NCBI RefSeq assembly: GCF_001481685.1 | Contig: NZ_CP006867.1 | Location: 360,001-392,000 of the forward strand | Origin: Ignicoccus islandicus DSM 13165 | GTDB lineage: Archaea > Thermoproteota > Thermoprotei_A > Sulfolobales > Ignicoccaceae | Length of the DNA: 32,000 nt | Direction of reading: 5' to 3' | Shown: positions 18,944-31,440 of the stretch, piece by piece | Layout of the letters: each line of letters begins with the position of its first letter | Position numbering within the stretch: position 1 is the stretch's first letter | Translations under genes and position numbers: made by a program | Notes under the pieces: generated by a model | Seen by the model: the letters and a program-made list of their open reading frames with translations, nothing else | Databases searched by the model: none | What the model was told of the DNA's origin: nothing

Positions 18944-21436
18944 ATGTCTAAGAGTTGCAGATCTAATGAGTCACTCCCAGAGACCGTTTTGAGAGTTATC
19001 AGAGGGAGGATAGGAAGGGACTTCGGCGTACCATTTATTATTGCCTCAATATATATGTTATTCTTCATAGAACTTTCGCGGGGGATAGACTATATTACCT
19101 CCATTCTTCTTCTGTCTTTCTACATACTAGCTACCGAAAAGGGGCTTCATCAAAGGTCATATAAACTCATTCGAAATTTAGTTTCGAGGTGGAAATTTCG
19201 TGGCAGATACTTGATGTCTTTCAGAAGATTGGGGGAAATGCTACGACCTTTTCAAGAGTTTATCATAGCATTTTTAGTAGCAGTTTTATCAGACGAAGCG
19301 TTGCGTGCTACAGCCAGCGTTATAGTAAACGCTACTGAAATATCGATTCGGCTCTTTACTGAGTTAATTGGAACATCGTTCGTTCAAGGTATATTGTACA
19401 TAACGCAGCACTTCATATTGGGCATAATAAATATATTTTCACCAGTAAGTCCTGCGTTAGTAACGACGTTGGTAGTTCTATTATATAGCTTTGTATTAGT
19501 AAAGGGGATACTCAGAGTTTCGTCGCCGGATCCAAATGATCCTACGAAGAGTCTCTTATACAGGGAAGTAATACGTGATACTATAGATGACTTTGATAAG
19601 GCTTTGGGTAACTTAAAGAGAGAAGAGCGTTTAGCGATAAGAGGTATTGCAATTGCTCTAGGTTTAGTTACGGGTCTCGTACTCATCTTAGGATCTAGAG
19701 ATACTAGGCTATCCCACATCTCGCTACTTCTATCTCTAGCTGCAGGGTACGTTTTCTATAAGCATATAGAGCCTCGTTACGTAGCGATGAAGTCGCGAGA
19801 GAGGATAGAGAGCGGTAATAATCTCCTCGAAAACGTTTACCTCAAGCGATTGCAACGCTTTGGGAGCCTTTCACCGGAATTCAAGAGCACTGCGACTTTC
19901 ATATTTTCATCTCTAATCATATACGTATTTCAGTTAGAGTCGAGAAACCGTAAATTCGAGCGGATATACGTACCGAAAGAGGTGAGATGGGAAGGGGGCA
20001 AGTTAAAGGCCGAATACGTGCGAGTCTATCCACCGAATGAGATCGGAATTATAGAAGTAGAGGCTACACCTACTCCCAAGATCCGAACTGGGACTACTAA
20101 TAGAAACGCTGTACTGGAAGTACGCACTACTATTAATGACGACATTGACAGTGAATGGAACAACGTGAAGTTTGAACTGAGCCTCGAAGACGTACATGGA
20201 AACATATGGAGGGCGTTTCTTATTAATGAAAGCGACTTCAGCTTCGGTATTGTCGCGTTCTTCGCGCCCGGTGCTACAGAGATTCTCTGTAAACCTGGTC
20301 TAAAAGTTAGACCTTACTTAGAGCCGAAGTTCGACTCGGATGTCCATGGCTTAATTGAGAGGTTCCTCCCATCGTACGTAGTGAAGGATCTTGATAAACA
20401 CTTAAAGGGTACTGGCTTCAGTAATCTCAAGCCAAGACTCGTAGACCTCAGCAAGGACGTAAGCAATGATTTCATTAGCATTAGCTTTGCAGTAACTACT
20501 GCTAGAGACGAGTTCTTGATCCACAAGTCGCCCGATTACGTATTTGGGCCGAGCTATGAGAGAAGTATAAGGGACGTCATAGAGCCTCATTTATTTAAAC
20601 TGAGTTTCCACTTCACTTGTAATAGCGTAACGCCCGAAGGCCCCCTACAAGAAATCCGGAAAGGAGGCGTCATAAATTTACTACCCTTACCAAATCCCGT
20701 AGGAACCGACTTAATAGTAGTTACTAAAGATGGATACATATTGTTCCAATATAGAAGCGGTGGTGCAACCCTAGCTGCTGAAAGAGGAAACTTTGCCCAT
20801 GCCATCTCCGGAGGTCTAGATTTCTCTACAGTGAAAAATGTCATCAGTAAATACGAGGGTAGAGCTCAATACGAAAATTGTAACGATTTTCTTGAAGAGT
20901 TATCAAGGCAAGAGGAAGGCGAGGAAGAGGAAGTTAGCATATCTGATGAAGAAATAGGTAGAGCAACCCTCGCGATATCAATTACCAGAAACGCTTTGTA
21001 TCTGGGCCTCCCTGGGTTCTTCGGTTTCAAGAGGTACGACGAAGACTGGAATAACGTTAAGGAAAGACGTGATGCACTGATACAACTAGGTCTAGAGAGT
21101 AGAAACGTCTTGGCAGTTAAGTTACCGGAAACTATCGCTCCCAGTAAGGTAACGAACGAGTTCCTAGAATCACTAATAAAGAACTGGATCCTTTACGTAT
21201 TCAGGTACAGCGCAACCAAGGACGAAGCGATAGTAAACGATTTCGAGGAAAGGATAGACGTTATTGAGAGGGGTGGAAAGGAAGTCTCCGCGGACGCACG
21301 GAAGTCCGTAACCAAGAGCTTCTTGAATTACAATAACTACAGTGCGATCTTGGCCGTATCTATACTCTCCCTTCTCCAGTATTACTACTGCAATAAAATG
21401 GGGTGGAAAGAAATTAGCGAGGTGGGAGCGAAGTGA
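18944..21436 (+). CDS. Large membrane protein of unknown function with a cytosolic-type C-terminal region
   Basis: 830 aa with several N-terminal TM segments and a long soluble C-terminal half. Stop overlaps the start of the PP2C-like gene (ATGA-type overlap). Confidence 0.8.
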   Translation: MSKSCRSNESLPETVLRVIRGRIGRDFGVPFIIASIYMLFFIELSRGIDYITSILLLSFYILATEKGLHQRSYKLIRNLVSRWKFRGRYLMSFRRLGEMLRPFQEFIIAFLVAVLSDEALRATASVIVNATEISIRLFTELIGTSFVQGILYITQHFILGIINIFSPVSPALVTTLVVLLYSFVLVKGILRVSSPDPNDPTKSLLYREVIRDTIDDFDKALGNLKREERLAIRGIAIALGLVTGLVLILGSRDTRLSHISLLLSLAAGYVFYKHIEPRYVAMKSRERIESGNNLLENVYLKRLQRFGSLSPEFKSTATFIFSSLIIYVFQLESRNRKFERIYVPKEVRWEGGKLKAEYVRVYPPNEIGIIEVEATPTPKIRTGTTNRNAVLEVRTTINDDIDSEWNNVKFELSLEDVHGNIWRAFLINESDFSFGIVAFFAPGATEILCKPGLKVRPYLEPKFDSDVHGLIERFLPSYVVKDLDKHLKGTGFSNLKPRLVDLSKDVSNDFISISFAVTTARDEFLIHKSPDYVFGPSYERSIRDVIEPHLFKLSFHFTCNSVTPEGPLQEIRKGGVINLLPLPNPVGTDLIVVTKDGYILFQYRSGGATLAAERGNFAHAISGGLDFSTVKNVISKYEGRAQYENCNDFLEELSRQEEGEEEEVSISDEEIGRATLAISITRNALYLGLPGFFGFKRYDEDWNNVKERRDALIQLGLESRNVLAVKLPETIAPSKVTNEFLESLIKNWILYVFRYSATKDEAIVNDFEERIDVIERGGKEVSADARKSVTKSFLNYNNYSAILAVSILSLLQYYYCNKMGWKEISEVGAK

Positions 21437-22269
21437 AGTTCGAATGTATAGCAGCTTTTACCTCAAAGAGTCCATCGAAAACCTATAACGAGGACCAAGC
21501 GATCTGCACCGACTACTTGGCAGCGGTAATTGACGGAGCCTCGCCGTTAGTAAATGACCTTCAAGCGAAGCTTCGGACGAGGTGGCTAGTGGACGAAATA
21601 GTTTCGGAACTAATCTCGCTTAAGGGCGATTTAAGGAGCGGCTTGAACGATTTAATAGATTCCCTTAGGTCGAAGTACGAGTTAAAGTTCGGTTTTCCAA
21701 GCAATGTCGGGAAATACGAACTACCGTCCGCTGCTGCTTCAATAACCAAACTCAATGCTGAGGGATTAGAGTACGCTGTGTTCGCGGACTCCCCGCTAGT
21801 AATCACCTTCAAGGGAGGTGGGGAGAAGGTAATTACCGATGACTCTATTAAGGAGCTCGACCAAGTAGTAGTGAATAGAATAGAGGAGTTAATGGCTGAA
21901 GGCTTAAGCTTCAACGAAGCCCTCAAGGAAGTACGACCGATATTAAGGAAGAATAGGGAGATGATGTGCATAGGCTATAGCGTGATAGCGCCTCTGGGTG
22001 AATGCAAGCGCAACTTTATATACGGAAAAATGAACCTCGAAAGCGTAGAATACTTGGCGTTAATGAGCGATGGAATGGCTAGGTTAGTCGATACGTACGG
22101 GTTCTTCCGGAGCTATAGGGAAATGATGTTATATGGAATTGAAAATGGATTCGGTGATTTGCTTAGAATTCTGCGGGAAATAGAAAGGGAAGATGAAGGC
22201 GTGAAAGTGTTCAAAAGAGTTAGCGTCTACGACGACGCCTCCTTAGTGGTCTTGCGCCCGTCTCCGTAA
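21433..22269 (+). CDS. PP2C-like (PPM family) serine/threonine protein phosphatase
   Basis: 278 aa. Ordered PP2C-like motifs: KTYNEDQAI, LAAVIDGAS, YLALMSDGMARLVDTYG, VYDDASLVVL. Confidence 0.7.
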   Translation: MKFECIAAFTSKSPSKTYNEDQAICTDYLAAVIDGASPLVNDLQAKLRTRWLVDEIVSELISLKGDLRSGLNDLIDSLRSKYELKFGFPSNVGKYELPSAAASITKLNAEGLEYAVFADSPLVITFKGGGEKVITDDSIKELDQVVVNRIEELMAEGLSFNEALKEVRPILRKNREMMCIGYSVIAPLGECKRNFIYGKMNLESVEYLALMSDGMARLVDTYGFFRSYREMMLYGIENGFGDLLRILREIEREDEGVKVFKRVSVYDDASLVVLRPSP

Positions 22270-22380
22270 ACTTTGATATCGAATGAGTACTCGTGGACCT
22301 AACTGTTTCGCTCGAAACGGATAAGGTTTACGGAAAACCGTTAAATCGCTTAACCTACATACGTAAATAGAGGTGGAGAT

Positions 22381-23256
22381 TTGAACCTAGAGGACCTCCC
22401 AACTGACTCACTGAGCGAATTCCTGGCAGCAACGGAAACTTTAAGCTGTTCTGATCTGGGCGAGCTCCTAGAACAAGGGATATCACTGCTGGATCCCAAG
22501 CCCCAAGAGCTGGACCCATCGAAGCCCGCGCTCTTTCACGGAGATCTACATGGCGATATAGAAACTCCTTTTGAGGTATGGAGGAAAGTTGGCGATATCA
22601 AAGGCTTTAACTTGATATTCCTTGGAGATTACGTCGATAGGGGTCCCAATCAAATAGAGACCCTCCTATTGGTTCTATCTCTAAAGGCAAAGAGGCCGGA
22701 AGAGGTCGCCGTATTAAGGGGTAATCACGAGCCTCCGAGGAACCTCATACCTTCCCCTCACGATTACCCAATAGAGCTAAGGGAGAGGTGTGGGGACGAA
22801 ATGGAACTATACGAACTTTCCCTGAAGCTCTTCGATAGGATGCCGTTGTTCGCTATTTACGGACGATATCTAGGCGTACACGGAGGCCCTCCCTTTAGGA
22901 AGGGTTGCAAGGGTATTTCGTGTTTAGATCAGCCCGACCTAGAAGCTGTGCTTTGGAGCGATCCGGACGAGCTCTTAGGAGAGGAGATATGCGCCTACGA
23001 GGATCCCTTGGAGAAATGTATTGAAAGGAATTACTATAGAGGCGCCGGTTACATATGGGGCGCTGGGGCAACGAGGGAGTTCCTAGAGGCGACCGGCTTT
23101 GAGAAAATAGTAAGGGGTCACACTGCGGTCAATGGAATAGCGTTCACCCATAGGAATAGGGTGATAACGCTATTCACTAGGAGAGGTCCTCCGTACTACA
23201 ACGAGAGGGCGGCGGCACTGCTCGTTAAAGGCGAAGAGAAGGCAGTGTTGGTTTGA
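22381..23256 (+). CDS. PPP-family (PP1/2A-like) metallophosphatase
   Basis: 291 aa. Signature motifs HGDLHGD, FLGDYVDRGPNQ, LRGNHEPP, GVHGGPP, IVRGHTAVNG. Confidence 0.93.
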   Translation: MNLEDLPTDSLSEFLAATETLSCSDLGELLEQGISLLDPKPQELDPSKPALFHGDLHGDIETPFEVWRKVGDIKGFNLIFLGDYVDRGPNQIETLLLVLSLKAKRPEEVAVLRGNHEPPRNLIPSPHDYPIELRERCGDEMELYELSLKLFDRMPLFAIYGRYLGVHGGPPFRKGCKGISCLDQPDLEAVLWSDPDELLGEEICAYEDPLEKCIERNYYRGAGYIWGAGATREFLEATGFEKIVRGHTAVNGIAFTHRNRVITLFTRRGPPYYNERAAALLVKGEEKAVLV

Positions 23257-23374
23257 GACTTAAATGGTTGATCTATCCCGAGTGAGAGATTCCTAATTAT
23301 TACACCAATAAAATTCTATTTCCTAACTGCCCAATAATAATATTTGGATTACTTCCTAACCTCGGTAAACCGCC

Positions 23375-24826
23375 ATGGGGATGAACGGGATACTAACCGG
23401 CATAAGGATGGCCTTCAATAATCCTATAATGAAAAAGATATTGAGCGACGTAGTTAGGGAAGTCGAATGTAACTACAACGGAGAAAAGGTGAGGATGAAG
23501 GTCTCAGATTACGTAATGTTGAAGTACGCCGGCGAAAAGGTTAACTGCGGGATAAGGGAGGAAATAGTTTACAAGACGTTAGCTGGAGTGTTCGACCTCT
23601 CTTTAAGGATCTTCAAGGGAAATAGGGAGGAGGTAGTTGAAGCGTTCCGAGACCCGGCGGTTAGGAGGGGCTTAACCCTCGTATTCGAAGGTTTGGCCAA
23701 GTACGGGGTAACTGTTCCCCAGAGGCTTCCCGCGCCCTTCTTAATTGTATGGAACTTCACTAACATGTGTAACTTGAGGTGCAAGCACTGCTACCAAAGG
23801 GCAGATAAGCCGTTACCGGACGAGCTTACCCTAGAGGAGAAACTCGCTGTAGTAGAGGACCTAGATAGGGCTGGGGTGGCTGCAGTCGCCCTCAGCGGAG
23901 GGGAGCCTACAATACATCCCCATTTCTTCAGAATAGTTGAAGAGCTGTCCTCTAGGGGAATCTACGTTGCCGTAGCAACCAACGGGTGGTTATTTTCGGA
24001 AAAGAAGTACCTCGCCAAGGCTAAGGAGAAGGGAGTTAGGTACGTAGAAGTGAGCGTTGACTCCGCCGATCCCCGAAAGCACGACGATTTCCGGGGAGTT
24101 CCCGGCTCTTGGAAGAAGGCCGTTCAAGCGTTAAGGAACGCTGTGGAACTAAAAGTGAACCACGCAATGGCAGTTACTATCACTAGGAACAACTTAGATG
24201 AGGTGGACGATATACTGAACTTGGCGGAAGAGCTTGGAATTTGGAGAGTTGTCTTCTTCAATTTCGTGCCCGTTGGAAGAGGTAAGGAAATAATTGACTT
24301 AGATCTAACTCCCGAAGAAAGAGAGGGGTTCATGAGGAAAATAGCAAAGGAGATGGTTAGGAGGAAGCTCGAGATATACACGACGGCTCCGCAATACAGC
24401 AGAGTCACAATGGAGGTCTTGGGAATAACGACCCCTACCCACTTCTCTGCCCCCATAAACAGCGGCTACAACAAGCTGGTCTCGGCTTTGGCCGAGTTCA
24501 TAGGAGGATGCGGGGCTGGCAGGATATACGCGGCCTTGGAACCCAATGGGGACGTCACGCCTTGCGTTTTCCTACCCATAGTGGTCGGTAACGTGAGGCG
24601 GAAGAGCTTCAGGGAGATATGGGAGACGAGCGACCTCTTCCTTAAGCTTCGGGACAGGAGCAACTTAGCAGAGAACTGCAAGAGTTGTCCATATAGAGAG
24701 GTTTGCGGGGGCTGCAGAGCTAGGGCTTACGCTTACTTCAACGACCCCTTGGGCCCCGATCCCGGATGCATTATAAACAAGAAGTGGTTCGAATCGTTGA
24801 AGAGGGAGGCTGCAATTGCCCAATGA
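23375..24826 (+). CDS. Radical SAM/SPASM domain protein
   Basis: 483 aa. CNLRCKHC radical SAM motif, SGGEPTIHP, C-terminal Cys-rich block CGAGRIYAALEPNGDVTPCVFLP...CKSCPYREVCGGCRARAYAY...PGC. Layout resembles tungsten-enzyme/cofactor maturases, but the substrate cannot be assigned. Confidence 0.92.
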   Translation: MGMNGILTGIRMAFNNPIMKKILSDVVREVECNYNGEKVRMKVSDYVMLKYAGEKVNCGIREEIVYKTLAGVFDLSLRIFKGNREEVVEAFRDPAVRRGLTLVFEGLAKYGVTVPQRLPAPFLIVWNFTNMCNLRCKHCYQRADKPLPDELTLEEKLAVVEDLDRAGVAAVALSGGEPTIHPHFFRIVEELSSRGIYVAVATNGWLFSEKKYLAKAKEKGVRYVEVSVDSADPRKHDDFRGVPGSWKKAVQALRNAVELKVNHAMAVTITRNNLDEVDDILNLAEELGIWRVVFFNFVPVGRGKEIIDLDLTPEEREGFMRKIAKEMVRRKLEIYTTAPQYSRVTMEVLGITTPTHFSAPINSGYNKLVSALAEFIGGCGAGRIYAALEPNGDVTPCVFLPIVVGNVRRKSFREIWETSDLFLKLRDRSNLAENCKSCPYREVCGGCRARAYAYFNDPLGPDPGCIINKKWFESLKREAAIAQ

Positions 24827-24871
24827 ACCCTTTTTGCTTCTAGTTCGCGTTTAAGCCCTTGGGAGTTCGCT

Positions 24872-25714
24872 ATGAAAGTAGCTCTGGCCTTCGATCACCC
24901 CAGATGGGAAGAGAAACACATACTTGAAGTAATAACTAGTATGGGCTACAAGGCCGTCCCAATCCCACTGAGATCTACCTCCCTAGACCTATCTAAGCCG
25001 AAGCTCGATGCGAACGTAGTAATTCAAAGGGCGATCAGCAGCGTTAGAGCTATTACTTCAACTTCTTACTTTGCAGCCGCAGGAGTTCCAGTGGTTAATT
25101 CTCTGTTTACCCAATTAATTTGCGATAACAAGGTACTAACTGATATGGCCTTGTCCAGGGCCGGCGTTCCGAGACCGAGGACTATAGTGGCTTACAGCGA
25201 AGAGGAGGCCATGAAGGCCGCGGAGGAACTGGGTTATCCGGTAGTGGTAAAGCCTATACAAGGGAGCTGGGGGAGGCTTCAAGCGTTAGCCAAGGACCCC
25301 GATACCCTCTTGACGGTGCTCGAGTTCAGGGAAGCCATGCCTAGTCCGCAATTCAAGGTTCATTACATACAAGAATTCGTCAAGAAACCAAATAGGGACA
25401 TAAGGGCCTTCGTAGTAGGAGGCTCAGTTAGGACAGCAATATATAGGATCTCCTCCAATTGGAGGACTAACACAGCGCTGGGAGGTAAGGCCGAGCCGGC
25501 GAAAATAGATAGCGAATTGGAAGAGATAGTATTGAGGGCAGCTGGAGCGGTTGGAGGAGGAGTTCTCGGGGTGGACGTGGTTGAGGATCCCGAAAGAGGC
25601 TACCTAGTGCTCGAGGTTAATTCTAACGTAGATTTCAAGAACACGTATAGGGTAACTGGTCACGATTTGGCGAAAGACATAGTTGAATATGCAGTTAACT
25701 TAGCTAAGATGTGA
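24872..25714 (+). CDS. LysX/RimK-family ATP-grasp ligase
   Basis: 280 aa. DKVLTDMALSRAGVPRPRTIVAYSEEEAMKAAEELGYPVVVKPIQGSWGR, YIQEFVKKPNRDIRAFVVGG, and C-terminal LEVNSNVDFKNTYRVTGHDLAKDIVEYAV, close to LysX. Confidence 0.87.
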   Translation: MKVALAFDHPRWEEKHILEVITSMGYKAVPIPLRSTSLDLSKPKLDANVVIQRAISSVRAITSTSYFAAAGVPVVNSLFTQLICDNKVLTDMALSRAGVPRPRTIVAYSEEEAMKAAEELGYPVVVKPIQGSWGRLQALAKDPDTLLTVLEFREAMPSPQFKVHYIQEFVKKPNRDIRAFVVGGSVRTAIYRISSNWRTNTALGGKAEPAKIDSELEEIVLRAAGAVGGGVLGVDVVEDPERGYLVLEVNSNVDFKNTYRVTGHDLAKDIVEYAVNLAKM

Positions 25715-25983
25715 GAGCCTTGAAGGTGAAGGTGAAGTTCTACGCTTACCTTCGCGAGAGCTTGGGTTCGGAGGACCAATTCGAGTGCAACTGCTCGACG
25801 GCAGAGGAATTGTTTCTCGAGCTCTTGAAGAGGTACCCCGTTTTGAAGGAAGAGAGGAAGCGGTACGAGGAGAGCGGCTTGGACTTGGGCGTCCTAATTA
25901 ACGGTAGAGATTGGAGACACTTAAAGGAGATTAATTCCGCTGAAGTTAAGGTCTCCGTCTTCCCTCCCGCTGCCGGAGGTTAA
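25711..25983 (+). CDS. MoaD/ThiS-like beta-grasp sulfur-carrier protein
   Basis: 90 aa. [38 protein letters not shown]...[13 protein letters not shown]...[10 protein letters not shown] ending in Gly-Gly. GTG start overlaps the ATP-grasp stop. Confidence 0.85.
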   Translation: MRALKVKVKFYAYLRESLGSEDQFECNCSTAEELFLELLKRYPVLKEERKRYEESGLDLGVLINGRDWRHLKEINSAEVKVSVFPPAAGG

Positions 25984-25991
25984 GGGTCACA

Positions 25992-26735
25992 TTGGTAGTC
26001 CCACCCGATCACCCACGCTATTACTCCCTCTTATATAGGGAGAGGTTGATAGAGAAGTTCAAAGAAGGAATAGTGGTGGCACAAGGTCTAATAGCCCACG
26101 GGAGAGGCGAAGCGTTCGATTACATACTAGGCGAGAGAACCGTTCCCAGCGCGTTAAAGGCGGAAAAGGCAGCTGCTGCCCTATTGAAGCTGGCTAAGAG
26201 ACCGGTTGTGAGCGTTAACGGTAACGTTGCTGCCCTGGTACCGAGGGAATTGGTCAAGCTATCTGAGGCCTTGGGGTGCCCACTCGAGGTGAACCTCTTC
26301 TACAGATCCGAAGAGAGGGCCAAGAAAATAGCGGAGTTGCTTGAGGCCCATGGCGCAAGGGAAGTCCTTTGGGTCCCTGAGGAGGAGCTACCGAACCTCA
26401 GTAGCGAGAGGAGGAAGGTGTCCAAGAGAGGGATCGCAACGGCTGACGTAGTGCTCGTAGCCCTAGAGGACGGGGACCGGACGGAAGCCTTGAAGAAGTT
26501 GGGGAAGAAGGTAATAGCCATAGATCTAAACCCCTTCTCTAGGACCGCTAGAAGCGCAGACATATCGATTATCGATAACGTAATAAGAGCCATTCCAAAC
26601 ATAATTAAGTTCGTAAAAGAAATTAGCTACGAGGAAGCTAAGAAGGTATTAGAGGAATACGATAACTCCCTTACTTTAAAGGAATCAGTTAAGGAAATAC
26701 GTGAGTGGCTGGATAAGATGATAGAGGAGATGTAA
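25992..26735 (+). CDS. 4-phosphopantoate--beta-alanine ligase (archaeal CoA pathway)
   Basis: 247 aa. [78 protein letters not shown] start. Confidence 0.88.
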   Translation: MVVPPDHPRYYSLLYRERLIEKFKEGIVVAQGLIAHGRGEAFDYILGERTVPSALKAEKAAAALLKLAKRPVVSVNGNVAALVPRELVKLSEALGCPLEVNLFYRSEERAKKIAELLEAHGAREVLWVPEEELPNLSSERRKVSKRGIATADVVLVALEDGDRTEALKKLGKKVIAIDLNPFSRTARSADISIIDNVIRAIPNIIKFVKEISYEEAKKVLEEYDNSLTLKESVKEIREWLDKMIEEM

Positions 26736-26737
26736 GA

Positions 26738-27130
26738 ATGGACGCCTCTAAGGCAATCTACGAGGCAAGGAAGAAGTTAGTTAAGAAAGGCGTGGACGAT
26801 CTAAAGGACACCATACCGTTTGAATACGTGCTTACGTGTCCCGATGAGTCCCAGTGGTTGAAGGTAGTGGTTAAGTTCAAAGATCCAAAGAAATCCACGA
26901 TCTACGTAACTGATTTCCACGATTACTTGTATACCGTTTACCACACGGATCCGAAGATGTACGTAGTTGATAGGCTAGTTCCTACGGAAGGAGTCAGGCT
27001 CTTGGAGGGATGCGAGTTAGTTTACGGTAACGAGGAGGAAGTTAAGGCAGACCTAGAAAGGTTTAAGGAATTGGCGAAGGAGTTCCTTGAGAACCTCCAA
27101 GAAGTGATGAGAACCTTCAAAAGGGCTTGA
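26738..27130 (+). CDS. Hypothetical protein, likely cotranscribed with the upstream gene
   Basis: 130 aa ORF starting 3 nt after the upstream gene. Confidence 0.6.
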   Translation: MDASKAIYEARKKLVKKGVDDLKDTIPFEYVLTCPDESQWLKVVVKFKDPKKSTIYVTDFHDYLYTVYHTDPKMYVVDRLVPTEGVRLLEGCELVYGNEEEVKADLERFKELAKEFLENLQEVMRTFKRA

Positions 27131-27170
27131 GGCAGCTTTTAAGCTCTTCGATACCCGTATTTCGGGGACC

Positions 27171-27638
27171 CTGAAACTTGCTGGCGATACCAACGTTCTT
27201 TTTCGTTTAATAACTAACAGAGAGGCTTTCATCAAACTAAAGAGAGCTCACCACAGCGGTAAATTAAGGTGGTTCATTAGCTACGAGTTGCTCCAAGAGC
27301 TTAAGGAGCACGTAGACGTTATAGTTAAGTTAGCTATGAAACACGAAAGGAAGGCCGATTGCAAGGTAGCTTGAGAAGTAGGTGCTGAAACGCTTTTAGA
27401 GTTAGCTACCTTGGATTTCGGTACTACTGAACCTAACGTAGAGTGCTTTGAAGCATTGGAATTAGTTGCACTGAGGGATCCAGACGACGTTCACGTAGCC
27501 TCTTTAGCTATAAACGTGGCACCATCAATTCTAGTAAGCGACGATAAAAAGGCATTTAATAAAGAAGTTAAGGAGGCTTTAGCTAAGTATAAGGTTGAGG
27601 TGATGGGCTTTGCTGAACTCCTTAAACTCCTTGAGTAA
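27171..27638 (+). pseudogene. PIN-domain (VapC-like) gene interrupted by in-frame TGA at 27372-27374
   Basis: Frame translation from 27171: LKLAGDTNVLFRLITNREAFIKLKRAHHSGKLRWFISYELLQELKEHVDVIVKLAMKHERKADCKVA*EVGAETLLELATLDFGTTEPNVECFEALELVALRDPDDVHVASLAINVAPSILVSDDKKAF... PIN landmarks (DTNVL; DPDDVHVA; SDD) lie on both sides of the stop. No ATG/GTG/TTG next to KLAGDTNVL. Confidence 0.75.
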
Positions 27639-27646
27639 GGAAATAG

Positions 27647-27880
27647 ATGAGAGACTTTCAAAAGAGAACTATAGCTCTACTGATCCTCAAGTCTAAGGGC
27701 TTCAAGGTAGTCATACCGGAAATTAGGATAGGAGACAAGGTAGCCTACGGAATAGCTATACAAGGAGATAAGGCATACGTAGTGTTCCCAAACGGTTTAG
27801 AGGAAGAAATCAAGAAGGTTTTGAAGGTTAAGGAAGTGGTAGTAGTACCTTGGGTCCACAGGCCTGAGCGCGAGGAGTGA
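27647..27880 (+). CDS. Small hypothetical protein
   Basis: 77 aa ORF with ATG start and coding-like composition. Confidence 0.5.
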   Translation: MRDFQKRTIALLILKSKGFKVVIPEIRIGDKVAYGIAIQGDKAYVVFPNGLEEEIKKVLKVKEVVVVPWVHRPEREE

Positions 27881-28167
27881 AACGCAACGTAAACCTAGCT
27901 GTTAAATCGCATCGTTACGTGAAGGGTCCTTAACCCGAAGGCCAAGGATTTAACTTAGTCTAAGCTTTTCTAGAAGATGCGAAAGTAATGACTAATCGCT
28001 CTCTGGTTCTTTCTAGAAGGACGTGCGTTAAGAATTTCGAAGCGAGAAGCTGAAGCGAAGAACAATAAGGTCGATGAACCATGTCCTTGTACTTAAACCA
28101 AAGGAAATACTCACATATAATACAATAATGGAATAAATTGACAATAGAAAGAAGCAGAGAACCATTA

Positions 28168-31434
<3,267 letters not shown>

Positions 31435-31440
31435 CATTGT

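Noticed and set aside
27880-28165. tRNA, 5S or box C/D sRNA in the spacer next to the 23S 3' end
   Set aside because: No GC-rich cloverleaf, no 5S-like sequence, and no convincing paired C (RUGAUGA) and D (CUGA) boxes found by eye.
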